Of a stretch of 64,000 bases of DNA, positions 24,201 to 37,726 are shown piece after piece. The position numbers were made by a program, and so were the translations under genes. Position 1 is the first letter of the stretch; every line of letters begins with the position of its first letter. Source of the DNA: Camelus ferus (Eukaryota); contig NC_045697.1 in the NCBI RefSeq assembly GCF_009834535.1, forward strand, positions 62,126,001 to 62,190,000, written 5' to 3'. The notes beneath the pieces were generated by a model that was not told the origin of the DNA, made no database searches, and saw only the letters and a list, made by a program, of their open reading frames with translations.

Positions 24201-27200
24201 CATTTTAATGGGTATAAATCCATTACAGATTTTGTTAGGCAATTTGTCAGTATCTATAAAAAGAATTCATGTGTGTAACTCTTGTCTTAGCCACTCTACT
24301 CCCAGAAATATAATCTTCAGCAATGCTCTCACAAGTATAGATATATGTGTATGTACCATCATGAAGTTCACTGAACCACTGTTTGTCACAGCAAAGAGTT
24401 GGAAACAACCTACTGTCATTCAATAGAAACCTGCCTCATTTTAGGCATTTATAAGGTCATTAAAGAGTAAAACACAATCCCAATCATACGGCCAAAGACT
24501 CAGAGCTAGAAGGCATCTTAGGTCAAGGATACAACATCTATCTCCTGATAGAGGCAAAATCTGAAAGCCACAGAGGTAAAGTGACTTGGCTAGTGTCACA
24601 TAGCAAATTCTTTAAAGAGCCAGGACAAGATCCTTTATCTTCTGGAGGCCATTCATCCTCTACATCATGCTGGGACTGAAATTCTGATCATGCTGGTCAT
24701 TGTTAGACAATGGCTGGTGTCTGACTTTTCACTGTAAAATCAATACCCCTAATGCAAACGTTAAATCAACATCACACTCAGTGTCAACGATAACAAATTA
24801 AGCTGCTTGGAGCTAACAAAAATAGCTTTTTCCCTACAGACAACGTTTTCTTTCCTTTTCTACTCGTACTCGCCCCCTGAAACTCACGCTTGTCCTGGTT
24901 ATCCCAAGCCAAATGGCAGTTCAGAAAACTGCAGCATCTAAATACCAGTCAGAGCAAAGTGCTATTCGCAGCCACAGAAATAAAAGCAGTTGAAAATGCT
25001 GTGCATTCAAGTAACAGAAGATATGATTTCTGCCTGAGATTGTCTGATAACAGAAGTGAATGATGGTTCTTTGCCTGAAAATACATATTGATTGTTGTCT
25101 GTAAATTTCACCATGGATAATGCAGAAGTCACCATCCTTCAAATGTGTGTGAATTGAAGTTGCTGTTGCCTATTCCTTGCAGGCTGATTTGTAGCAAGAG
25201 ACAAGACTTCTCCAGCCAATTTTCCATCCTGGATCATTTGATCTTCCCTTCTAAGGTCCTGGTGTATTGCATGCAAAGGGTAGATCGCCTGCATTTGAGG
25301 AAGATGAAGGCGCCTTCGTATTCTTTCATCTTTTGCAGAGCTGAATTCCTCAGAAGTACCCCCATATTCCCAGGCTCAGCCACCATCTGACAACGTAAAC
25401 CTCTGGTGGCCTGACCTGCCATAGGCTGTCCCCACTTTCTGCTTGACTAAGAATGGGACCAAATGGAAACCAGCACATGTACCGGATGTCATCATCGCTC
25501 CCCAGGCCAGACCAAACTCCCTCCTTGCTGCTCAAATGCACCAAATAGTTGTTTTTAATCACTTTCTGATGCTTAGAAGCATTACGAATGACTGGCTAGT
25601 TTGGCTCCCAGAATACTTTTAAATCCTGCAGAAGGTAGTTGGTTGGTCACTGTTGGTCAACAGAGGAAGAGAATGGTCCATCTGAGCATCAACTCCACAC
25701 TTTCCATAACCCCAGGACATCAGAGTTCAGTAAGCTCGGGGATTCTGGGTATGAATTTTCTCACAGGATAGAATTCAAGGGCTCCTAAGGTATCTTCTAA
25801 CCCAAAACCCTTTCCCCAGGAGCCTATTATACCTAAAATTTCACCATTTTATTGTGTTTCATTAGAGTTCAGTCAAATGAGGGGGTCTCTAAGTGGCCCT
25901 TATAAAATTCTGGGACCACTGAGAGGGCTAAATATTATCTCCACCTCAGTAGAGGTTTCTCCTAAATTGACAGGACACTGAGCACAGGCTTTAAGAGAAT
26001 ATGAAACATCCCAATTTGGGAGAAACACGAGGAACAGGAAGAGAGTCACAGAAAGGAAATGCAGAAAGACACGTTGGATGCTCACTTTCCAATTTAGCCC
26101 GGGATCAGCTCGAGTGAAACGCCAGTCTAGGTTATGAGAGAAATCAGTCCCAGTGAGATGGTCTGTGGATAGAAGTAAAATTCTGCAGGACACTCCTGGG
26201 ACCTCAGGAAGTCCCAAAAGAGGCTTTTCTTGCCTTTCCAGCCCTGTACCTCACTTCATTGATTGCTCCCAGGTGCCTAATGAGGGAAGCAGGACCAGCG
26301 GGCAGACAGACTTGAGGCACGGAGGATGTGAAGAGGAGAAACACGCCATTCAAGTGTCAGTGAAAAAGTTGTTAATGCTTTACAGAGTCAGCAAGACAAA
26401 TTAGTTGACTTCACCTTCTTTTTTTAAAGTATAACATATTACAGTTAGTGCAGCACCAAAAATCCCCTTTGGATATACCAATGCTTTATCATCATTGTCA
26501 GCTCTTGCTTTGTCTGACTAATGACTTAATCATCTTTCTCTTTTCCCCAAGTAAGAGCGGAGTCTGTTCCCCCACTCAGTGGATACCTAGACCGTGCGCG
26601 TATTCAAGGCCACTTTATCATCTCTTTTCAGCAAGGTCTCTACTGACTGAAACTCTTCTGCTCTAAATGATCCTATAATTGCCCCGAGCTCCCATATGCA
26701 CTAAGTTTCTTTTCTGGTTTGTTTTATGTGACTATTATAGTACAGGTGGTGCCAAAAGTATAGGCACGTCCATCCCACCTACCTTACATGTATCTGTTTT
26801 ACTTCTCTGGTTTCTATGACTAACAGAAGCAGCTGACCACTTGTGTTTTAGGACAGCCCGTCTGAGATTAACCAATGTGACCTTCATCACAGGACCCACT
26901 GGCCTCTAAGAAAACCTGCCTGGGGATAAATTCTCCAAACTCTCTCCTCTCAATCATCAAATGTACTTCCCTCATTATCCATTGAGCCTCCTTCAAACTC
27001 ATCTCAGGATAAATGCTATACCACCTCCCTTCCCAGAAAAACATCACCTTTTCTTGTTTTGCCCATTTTTGCCTCCTGCTTCCTCTGGAAATATTCATTT
27101 CTACCCCTATTCAGCACCTCATCAAAAATGCCCCCTTCTCTCCGCCTTCTCACTCTCAGCCTCTAAATATGAACCTCACTCCCTCACTTAAAAGAATATC

Positions 27201-27914
27201 TCAATCCTCTCTCCACGGAGAAAGTGCAAAGACAAGTTCAATGACTGAACTTTATGTCCCTTACATCATATCTCTAAAATCCCAGTCACATCATGGATAC
27301 TTCAACGTGGTTCTCTCTCCCCTAACTGTGATGGATTTGCTCCCCAGCCTTCTAGCCAAGCCTGGGGGGTGCAGGTAGTGGAGAGAGCTTAGGCAGATCT
27401 GTAGAGTCAGGCAGGTATAGGTGTCTTCCCCAGCTCTCCCACTTAGCATCTCATCTATACAATGGTGGGAGCAGTTGACAGTTCGGTGGGATTGAGGACT
27501 GAGATCAACGCGGGGTTTTTCCCTCTCCCACCATCAAGGGCAGGGACCATGATCTCAGTGATCTTCATCTCTATCTCCAGTCCCCAGACATGTGCCTGGC
27601 CAATAGCTGTTTACCACCTGCTTGTGGAACTAACACGCAACAGAGATAACTTTAAGGTAATATTAAAGGTATTAAATATCAGACACCATGAAGAAATAGG
27701 AGGGAAAACATAAGCTTTTTAGAAGTGCCAAGAAATCCCTGGAAGTTGAGCAATTATCCAGAAATGGACAAGAGGAGAAAAGGTAAGCACGAAGTCCTGT
27801 GATAACTGCAACAAAAAAGGTAAGAAACTAAAGATTGCCAGAAGGACTCTGATGTTTTGTTTCCTAGTCCTTCTAAAAAAAAAAAATAAATTTCTAATAA
27901 AAAATTTTGAACAG

Positions 27915-28040
27915 TTTTTTTTTGGTAGAGGGAGATAATTAGGTTTATTTATTTATTTTTAGAGGATGTACTGAGGATTGAACCCCAGGACCTCGCACAT
28001 GCTAAGCACACACTCCACCACTTGAGCTATAACCTCCCCA
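27915..28040 (-). mobile_element. tRNA-derived SINE (camelid vic-1 type)
   Basis: The reverse complement is clearly homologous to the copy at 37598-37726; T-run at 27915-27923 is the poly(A) tail. Confidence 0.88.
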
Positions 28041-28445
28041 CTAAGTGAAGTAAGCATGAAAGAGAAAGAAAAATACATATAATATCACTTATGTGTGGAA
28101 TCATTTTAAAAAAGGACACAAATGAACTTATTTACAAAACAGAAACAGACATTCTGACATAGCAAACAAACTTATGGTTACCAAGGGGGAAGGGGATGGG
28201 AAGGAATAATTTGGGAATCTGAGATTTGCAGACACGAATTAATATATATAAAACAGATAAATAACAAGTTGATAGCACAAGGAGCTATGTTCAATATCTT
28301 GTACTAACTTATGGTGAAAAAGAATTTGAAAACAAATATATGTATGTTCATGTATGACTGAAGCATGATGCTGTAGACCAGAAATTGACACATTGTAAAC
28401 TGACTATACTTCAATAAAATATATATATATATACACACAAAAAAA
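28041..28445 (+). mobile_element. 5'-truncated L1 3'UTR (same family as 30842-31854)
   Basis: Closely similar to ~31445-31845; ends GACTATACTTCAATAAA followed by a TA/A-rich tail. Confidence 0.9.
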
Positions 28446-30841
28446 CCCCCAAAAACCTCTATGACCTAGGAGGGTGAAACCAAATAAAATTCAATGTATC
28501 CAAAGAAAAAAATTTTAATGACATTACCATTTAATATATGGTCATTTTTAGTCATAAAATGCTTTATATATCACTCCTCCCTTTTGTCAAAAACCAGCAA
28601 GAATTTTAAACTTATTTTGGTTGGGTGCAGGGAGAAGAGGAGGAAGAAATTGGAGGAAGGATTAATCACCTGAAAGAGCATCCAGGAAACATATTCAGGT
28701 GTGGAATTCCAGAACCTAAAGGGCAGCTCATCTGAGGTCCGGGCAGAAGAGGGATGTAAGCTCCCCGAGGGAAGTTTCCTTTTAGCCCTTTTGAAAAGTT
28801 CTCCTTGAGTGAGGATCTGCCTGTGTTTTAGCTGTGGATGTTTTGAAACCATGGAGCATTTTATACTCCGAGACTTCTGCCATTTGTGTTTTTGTGAAAG
28901 TATAAGGAGGGTTGCGGAAGGGAATCTGTATGTTATTTGGAACCAGAAGCGCCACATAATCATTTAAGCCAAAGATGGTTCACCAACAACCGTCCAGTGG
29001 AAGACAGTTCTCTGTCATAGTAGGAAAGGAAGGTTTTGTTGTCTCAAGGCCTCTGAGATTATCCCTGAAGTATCAGTCACAAGTTCCAGCAGCCAGAAGG
29101 CCTTTATCAGAAAGAAACGTTAGAGCAGAGACCAAGCTAACAATGACACGTGTCTCTTTATCAAAAGAAGCCATTGGCTAGAAAGTTTCTACCTACTTTA
29201 AAGAACATGACATATTTTCTGATGTACTTGTTCTCCCCTGAGGAATGAAAGGTAAGTATGAAATGCTGTCTTTACCATGCTTTAAAAATCTAATACATGC
29301 TAAAAGTGGAATTATGCACTTTAAAAATTTTCTTTGTTTTTCCCTTTGTAACCCAAATAAAACTGGGTATTCCATGGTCAGTTTCAACACAGTTTTGCAC
29401 CCAAAAGAATCTAAAATCGGAAATGAAAACTTGGGAAAGCATCTTTAAGTCTTTTATTGTGTGTTTCTCCTTGACAGCTCCATGCAAAACTCCATCCTTC
29501 CTCCTCTCCCCTCCAAGCCTCAACCTCTTGCTCTGAGATCTGTTAGGTTCTTCCTGTAGCTCTGGGCTCTTTCCACTAAAAGTCAGTCTAGACTCTCTTC
29601 TTTCTAGTTCTGAAGCCTCACATTTCCTCAATCAGCACAGCAAAACACTAGAGCCTACCCTCCCCGGAAAAGGAGGGGAGTGGGGAAAGCTGTGACGACG
29701 TACACATTAATGCTTTTTATGTCACCAATTCTATCATATCTGTATTTTCTAATTTTTTAAATAAACATGTATAATGTTGTAATCAGAAAAAAAGCCCTAT
29801 TTCCTTTTTTAAACTAAAACATAGAACATCTTTAAAATGTACCTTAAAACAGTGGTGCCCAGATTTTATTACTTTACAAACAAGTACAATTTTAATAAAA
29901 ATCCTGGGGACTATCACAGGGCTAATAATTTTATATTTAGCCCCCAAAGGATTATTTATTTAATCTCTATCCTCATAATTTCGTAAAAGAAAGAATTTTT
30001 TAACAACCTACCTCCTAATTGGTTCTCCAGGTTCCCACGTCAACCAGAGAGACCTCACTCTCATTTAACTTGTATTAGGATTACGCCTAATCAGGCTAGT
30101 TGGGGGCACATGGGTTCTACGGACTGGATAATCCTTTAAATATTGTTTGTGCCAATTCTTTAAATATTGAGTGAGAGTATATAGTGACAGTAGAAAGAAG
30201 TTAACTGACTTCTGTTGATAAAATGATACATACTTTTATGTTCAGGTCAGGAGATGATTACATATATTTATCATTAACATAATATTTTAACTTATTTGCA
30301 ATTGTCTTTCATTACACTGATTTTCCATTATTCTTAACGGCAAAGCACTGCATACTCATACCCAGGCCTTCAGACTCCTTGGGAGAGAAGCAGCTTATGT
30401 GGCTTTTTCAATGTGTTTTTACCCTGTTTTGTTCTGTCGTTCTTTTAACAAAACATCCTATTTTCTGAAATGTTGTTCTTATTTAGGATGTAAATCTGGA
30501 TATAGCCAAACCAAACACATCTTAGGAGACATTAAAGGGCTTAAAATTTCTGTGATAAAATAAACCACTTGTTCTCAGTAAGCAGGACGAAGTGACATCT
30601 TGTTGGGTTTCAGAATTTCAGCTGATGGCTGGCTGGCTAGGCTTGGCTGGGGCCGAATGAACTTCACTCATGCTGGAGTCACGAAAACATTCAGACAAAA
30701 ATTGGCCACCACCATCAAAGAATTTTTGTTTGTTTGTTTCCACACAAAAGCCTCTCGTTTACTAGGATTAGGAGCAAAGTAAATTTTGATGCTTTTGAAG
30801 ATAATAGCGGGTGGAAACCTGTTTAAAAGTACCACATTTCT

Positions 30842-31854
30842 AAATGCTCAATATCACTAATTATCAAAAAAATGCAAATCAAAACTACAATGAAATTGAA
30901 AAATTGTGCTCTACACTGGAATTTGACACAACACTGTAAAAAGATTATAAATCAATAAAGAATGTTAATAAATAAATAAACAAACAAACTTAAGTGTGGG
31001 GGGGGGGAAACTACAATGAGGTATCACCTCACACCAGTCAGAATGGCCATCATTCAAAAGTCCACAAACAATAAATGCTAGAGAGTGTGTGGAGAAAAGG
31101 GAGCCCTCCTACACCATTGGTGGGAATGCAGTTCGGTGCAGCCCTTATGGAAAACAGTATGGAGATTCCTCAAAAGACTGAAAATAGACTTACCATTTGA
31201 TCCAGCAATCCCACTCCTGGGCATATATAGAGGGAACTTTAATTCAAAAAGATACGTGCACCCCAATGTTCATAGCAGTGTTATTTAAAACAGTCAAGAC
31301 ATGGAAGCAACTGAAATGTCCATCAACAGATGACTGGATAAAGAAGCTGTGGTATATTTATACAATAGGAATACTACTCAGCCATAAAAAAAGAATAAAA
31401 TAATGCCATTTGCAGCAACATGAATGGACCTGGAGATCGTAATTCTAACTGAAGTACACCAGAAAGTGAAAGAAAAATGCTATATGGTATCACTTATATA
31501 TGGAATCTAAAAAGAAAAAAAAAAGACACAAATGAACTTATTTACAAAACAGAAACAGACTCACAGACATAGAAAACAAACTTATGGTTACCAGGGGGGA
31601 AAAGGTGTGGGAAGGGATAAGTTGAGAGTTCAAGATTTGCAGATACTAACTACTATATAAAAAATAGATAAACAACAAGTTTCTACTGTATAGCATAAAG
31701 AATTATATTCAATATCTTGTAGTAACCTATAATGAAAAAGAATACGAAAAGTAATATATGTATGTTCATCTATGACTGAAACATTATGCTGTACACCAGA
31801 AATTGACACAACATTGTAAACTGACTATACTTTAATAAAAAAAAATTTTTTTTT
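30842..31854 (+). mobile_element. 5'-truncated L1 (ORF2 end + 3'UTR) containing a nested L1 tail
   Basis: ORF 31085-31288 [20 protein letters not shown]...[12 protein letters not shown]; poly(A) tail; TSD AAGTACCACATTTCT (30827-30841) / AAGTATCATATTTCT (31855-31869) at a TT/AAAA target. Confidence 0.95.
30894..31007 (+). mobile_element. Very short nested L1 3' terminus
   Basis: GAAAAATTGTGCTCTACACTGGAATTTGACACAACACTGTAAA...CAATAAA; 12-bp TSD AAACTACAATGA at 30882-30893 and 31008-31019. Confidence 0.85.
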
Positions 31855-33128
31855 AAGTATCATATTTCTGATTTATTCCAGAATCCCTTATAGTTGCCTC
31901 CCTGGTAAGTAGCTCAGCTGACCTGTTTTGTAACCCAGCTCTACAAAATTCACTTGAATAAAGAGTCTGACTTTTAAGCAAAGTTTAAAAACCACAGAAG
32001 AATAGCCATGCATGTCAGGGTACACCAGAGGGTGACAATCCATAGTTGTAAAGTAAAGAGTATTTTTAAAGTCTCACATAGCTGTTGACTACCAATCTCT
32101 GTTTCCCTGATGAGAACCTCATCCAGCCCAGACTGACAACAACTGCTTTCCTCTGAGGTCAGCTTTGATCGCTGCCAGACGTGGAAAGACAAGAGGAAAT
32201 GAAGGGAAGAAGACACCAGGTGATGGCTGCCAGGGTATCCTCTCTCTTTCCGGGCAGAATGAAGAGAAACAAGACTCTTCCACCTGCCTTCACCTTCCCC
32301 TGCCCCCTGTAATTGGCCAAAGTGGCCCCAGTGGAAAATACTTGCAAAAACAACTGTTTCTTTTCCTTCCCTTGCAAATCTGCCCCCATTTTTTAATGCT
32401 AATGCAGACAGTTTATTTGATGTGCAGAGAAGACCTCACACAGGAGGAAAGATTCAAACCCAAATTCCTCTCCAACATCCTGAGGAGCAGCCTGGCTCCA
32501 TTGCATTCCCCTCCCCCCGCCCCCACTGGCAGTGTACCCAAGTGGTTGGGAGATTTAGGTGGGTTAGGACTTGGCACTCGCTGGAGCTGCCCTCTGAAGC
32601 TTATCCGATAATCCACCCCGCTGGATGCAGGAGGTGTGGAGATAATGACTATTTCCTGAATATTGTGCTGTTTAAACAGCCTTGCTGCGGTGTTTGGAGA
32701 AATTCAGGATGTTTTTGCATCCCAGGTACTGTTGGAGCTGCCTAGCTAAGCTAAACATGACTCACAGGCATTGAGAACAGGTGGTGGCTGGCCAGACTGC
32801 TGGCAGTCAGGATGGTGGTGGTGGTTTTTCTTGTTCCAGCAGTTGGCAGAGGAATGCATGCTTCAGTACAATCAGAAGCTTTCCATCCTCAAAAAAGGAA
32901 TGTTTTTCCTGACACCAGAGCATGAAGACACACCCTACACTGCTCAAAAAGCCCTTTCAGAGGCAGAGCAAAGTCCAAAACTGCAGACTGCCATTCAGAA
33001 TTCTCCTCAGTTTATCCCTGCTTTTAGCTGAAGCACTTTGGCTTGCAAAACGGGAGACCCATTCAAGCTAGCTCAGAAGAGGGGTGTGTTTGTGTGTGTG
33101 GAGACCCATTCAAGCTAGGTCAGAAGAG

Positions 33129-33130
<2 letters not shown>

Positions 33131-33188
<58 letters not shown>
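33131..33188 (+). repeat. (GT)n microsatellite within a 47-bp tandem duplication
   Basis: About 29 GT units read directly. Confidence 0.95.
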
Positions 33189-33192
<4 letters not shown>

Positions 33193-33465
33193 GAAGGCAT
33201 GCGAAGAGGCTCAAAAGAACCAGAAATCCACAATTACCTGTGGCCTCCCTAAATCCCTCAGGGACCACATATCCTACCTCGAATCCCTTCACAGGCTTTT
33301 CCACCTGTCAACTATTTTCCTGTTTGTGGCCATGGCCCCCATACCCAATACTCTCTGTCACTTTCTTGGAAAGGTCTTTCTTGACTCCCCTATTTGTTAA
33401 TATCTGTCTCACCCAATTGCATTCTATCAGATGACCCCGTTTTACCATTCTATTGCCTTTATCAC

Positions 33466-33821
33466 TGCATTGGGTCAAATGTCTGTGTCCCCCACAATTC
33501 ATATGTTAAAACTGTATCCCCAGAGTGACGTTACTTAGAGGTGGCACCTTTGGTTGGTAATTAGGTCAAGGATAGAGCCTTCATGAATGGAATTAGTGCC
33601 TTTTTAAGGAGGGGCCTAAGAGCTACCTAACTCTCTTCCCACCATGTGAGGATCCAACTAAAAGACAGCTGTCTGCAAACCAAGAAGCACGCCCTTGCCA
33701 GAGCTAGACATCTCTGGGACACTCATCTCAGACTCCCAGCCTCTAGAACTGAGAAAAATAAATGTCTGTTGTTTGTAAGCCACCCAGGACTTTGTTGTAG
33801 CAGCCTGAACTGACCAGGACA
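33466..33821 (+). mobile_element. MaLR MLT1A-like LTR
   Basis: TGTCTGTGTCCCCCACAATTCATATGTT...CAGCCTCTAGAACTGAGAAAAATAAATGTCTGTTGTT...GCAGCCTGAACTGACCAGGACA. Confidence 0.85.
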
Positions 33822-35039
33822 ACGACCACCTGCAAATTTCTTGTTTGGCTGTTTCCCCGCTTCAACACTAGCTTGATGAGACCGGAACTTTCTCGTGGGC
33901 ATCACTGTAGCCTTGGGTCCTGAAACAAATAAGGGGTGTAGCACTCTGTAAATGCATGGTCTCTCACTCCAGTGCTTTCTGCTGTGAAATCTCTGTAAGC
34001 ATTGGTTCATTCCCAAGAGAGATCATCTGGTTGGTTCTCTAGCCAAACAATGGACTTGTGCCTTTAGTTCTGGCATCTGTCCTTGGTCCAATCAGCCAGG
34101 TCATGGGGGAGGGGTCATAGGCGGCCCTCCAAAGGAAATGGGTGGTGCTGGGTCTCCAGAGGGATCTATGGGTGAAGAAGATACTGAAACTTGTCTCCAA
34201 GGGGCTCGCCACTTTGCAGAGTTACTTCCCACTATACATGTGTGCACACAAGTGCATGTGCAACGCTTTCTCTCCTCCATTCAAGTGGGCCACTCACCAT
34301 GCAGACACCTGGCTCAAATTTAGGCACAAAAATTTTCATTAGGTCACCCTGCATTCGGTGCTTCCAGTTCTTGTCTCAGGCTCTTCCCTCTCTGCCAGAA
34401 AGGCCTCCCCAAACTAGCCCAGCCCCACTATCAGTCTGTAGGTATTATAGGCACACTTCAGATTTCAACTGATTTCACCCCTTATCTGGATTTTGCAATT
34501 CTGAATTAGTCACTCCTCTCCCCTAAGGAACCACCTTGTTTTCACCTCTACTAGGGACTTACTCCAGGCTTCTTTCTAAGAGAAAGGCAAGGATCAGATA
34601 ATAAAATGCTACACAAAGACCCCAAAGACAGTCCAAGTAAGACGGAGCTAAAGCGGGACCTCCATGCCAGGTGCAAGAGGATACTACGTGGGTGTGTTCA
34701 TGTAGAGGGCTCGGATTACTGAAGGAGGCCACTGGAGAGTGCCGTGGCAGCACAAAATGACATGGAAAGAGGCAGTGGGGGTGACATGGATAAATTGTGC
34801 CAATTTAACAGTCAAATACAAAACCAGTTTAACAACCAGATACAGGCTTTATCTAGGTTGTCTCTAGATTTTACACTTGACATCAACAATCACCAACCTC
34901 GACTGCATGTTAACTTCACCTGGGGTACTTCTGAAACATACCCAAGTCCAGAACCCGCTCTAGAGACTGTGACTTAACTGCTCTGAGGTAGGGTGTGGTC
35001 ATGGAGACCCAGTGACTGGAGCTCTATTAAAACACTCAT

Positions 35040-35260
35040 CACCAGAGAAGGACAAGGGCTTTGGTTCCAAAGTAGGCTGAGCGTGAATCCCAGCTCCACC
35101 ATTTACCAGCTTTGCCATTTTCCGCCAGTCACTTAGTCTCTAAGCCTCTATACAGGTGAAATGGTGCTAATAATTCCTGCCTCATATGATTACTGTAAGG
35201 ATTAGAGAAAAGTCCTAGACCATAATGGCCCCTTAATGAAATGGTAGGTATAAGTATTAT
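35040..35260 (+). mobile_element. MIR SINE
   Basis: GAATCCCAGCTCCACCATTTACCAGC...TGAAATGG...TAAGGATTA. Confidence 0.6.
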
Positions 35261-36231
35261 TAATGCCTCCGCCACAACCGATTGCAGATCGATATTTAAC
35301 ACTATATGGTTTAAATGCTGTCAGGCAATGTTGTCTGCACAGCAAAATATTAGTGCTTTAAGGGTTGCTTTGTTTCTGCATAGGCCACCTCAGCCCAGTC
35401 ATATAGGAAAGTCGTTTGTCAGGCCAGATGTACACTTCTCTGAAAATGAACTCCATTCAGAATCTGACTTTCCATAGAGGCAACACGCCTTTAACAAGTG
35501 ATGTTTGTGTCAGCAACTTCTGACCAGGAGGCAGCTATTCTGCCACAAAGCAACTGACACAGAAGTCAGGAGCTGCTCTTGAATGAGAATGCTGCAACCA
35601 CAGAAAGCAACGGGGAGCAGAGGCACTATGGGAACATCCCATGAATGTGGGCTTGGCACCCACTACATTTTATAGGCCCATTTGTATAAAAGGGGGAATC
35701 CACCATTGTGAACAAAAGCAAGGAGAAATAGCTTTCCTGTTTTTAATTAGCAAAATTACAGTATCCAGTTTCCAAATTTCCATTCAAGAAATACTTCCTG
35801 GCTTCATCACTGTGCTTGAGCCTCTTCCCACCCAAACTGGCACTAAATCTATAAAGTACAATGGTATGAATTGAGACTTGCGAAGTCTGGCCTGACTTAA
35901 GCCAAGTTCGTGTGTAAGATGAATATGTTGTCATTAGAGTCTGAACCGCTAGAGAGGAGAAGAGGACATTTTAATCAGGATAATTATTTGTTGACTTAAC
36001 TTAGGTGTGTGGAAATGTTGATGAGCTTAGGTTTATTTAAAGTACAAGATGTGGGAGGAGATTCCAACGTGAGAACCAACAGGTTAAGACAAACTATTGC
36101 AAGACAAGCAAAAAAAATATATCTATGGTTACAAAAATTAAGACCCTAATCAGGACCCTAATCCATGAATTGACCTATTGATTCTTCTCTGTTGTGGACA
36201 TCGGCCCGCAAGTAGTCATTACCCTGGATAG

Positions 36232-36454
36232 TAGGAGGTCAGCAAACCATGGCCCATGGGTCAAACCCTGGGCTCACCACCTGCTTTTATAAATAAAGTT
36301 TTCTTGGAACACAGCCACATTCATTAGTTTACATATTGTCTCTGGCTGTTTTTGTGCTACAACAGCAGAGTTGTATAGTTCCAAGATCACAGAGCCCGCC
36401 AAGTTGAAAATATTTCCCATGGGACCCTTTACCAAAAAAGTTTGACAAGCCCTG
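36232..36454. mobile_element. MER58A hAT MITE
   Basis: TIRs AGGAGGTCAGCAAAC...GTTTGACAAGCCCTG; core TAAATAAAGTTTTCTTGGAACACAGCCAC. Confidence 0.88.
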
Positions 36455-37597
36455 CTCTTTAGAAACACGGCATGATAGCATTTCCCCAGCCAAAATAGTT
36501 AAGCTAGACGTGATATCTTAAGTAAAAATATATTAAACTGTGTGCTTGAAGATTTATGCTATATATGGAGTACATAGATAGCAATAATGTTTATTGTTTG
36601 TTACATACCATTTGGGAAAAATTACTAAGGAAAATTACCTTACACCATTAAATATCTGTTTATATAGATATGAGTTATGCTAACAGTAAAGATTTCATTT
36701 CAGTCTTTATTAGTAATTACTCGGTGACTAGTTATTTTCACCTATCAGGGCAACTTGGGAAAGAAATACAGTTCATATTATTTCTGTCTTAGTTTTTCCA
36801 CAGATTAAATGTAAAAGGAAACGGAACTGGTGTTTCATTCAACTCAGCACTTTCTAACAAGGATGAAATAGTGTCAATTATACACACTGCAGTTGTTTTG
36901 AAGCAAACTGAAACATAAAATATACTCAATTTAATTAAAGCATAAAAATAAAAAGAGGTATCAATAGTAAGAGAGTGAAAAGAGCAGTATTGGTATGGTA
37001 ATCTTATTTATGCATCTAGATTTACTGCATCCAAAACTGTGTGGGTTTTAAACAGTCATTAATGGGAATCCAGTTAAAATAGAGCAACAAAGGAGGGGGG
37101 AAACAATTTAAATACTGACATTTTTCTTTTTTGCATTTAGCCATCTTCTAAAGAAGGGGCCATTAAAATTTTAAATCAGTTTTTAATCAAAGTTTAGTGG
37201 TACAACATTTAATTGAAAACAACACCAGATGTTCTTCATCAAAATATCTTTCATAATGGCTAAATCAAGGTCTGACAAGTTATTTAATGGGATAATTGTT
37301 GGTCTGTGAATACAGCAGCAACTTCTTATTTCCTTGTAACACTGAAACACGCAGGTTTGGAGGCTGGCCCTGGTTCTGTTGACTGCTAACCGCTTCTCAT
37401 AGGTCCCCCTGTGTGGTCCAGGCAAAGACGGGTGTTTGGGACACCAAATCCCAAAGTCCAAAACCAACAGATGAGCCCCAGGAATCAGTGCCCTGGGAGA
37501 CTGGCATCCTCCTTCAACCACAAGAAGAATTCCACTGATAAGATATAGGGCATAGACATCAAACTGTGAGATTCACAGGCACATAAAAAGCAAGAAA

Positions 37598-37726
37598 GGT
37601 GGGGGGAGGGTATAGCTCAAGTGGTAGAGCACATACTTAGCATGCACAAGGTCCTGGCTTCAATCCCCAGTACCTCCTCTAAAATAGAAATAATAATAAG
37701 CAAATCTAATTACCCCCTTTCCCTCC
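37598..37726 (+). mobile_element. tRNA-derived SINE (camelid vic-1 type)
   Basis: GGGGAGGGTATAGCTCAAGTGGTAGAGC...GGCTTCAATCCC with Pol III A/B boxes; perfect 13-bp TSD AAAAAGCAAGAAA at 37585-37597 and 37727-37739. Confidence 0.9.

Noticed and set aside
37601..37680. Functional tRNA-Ala gene
   Set aside because: SINE-specific 3' extension, a TSD and a diverged second copy identify it as a SINE.
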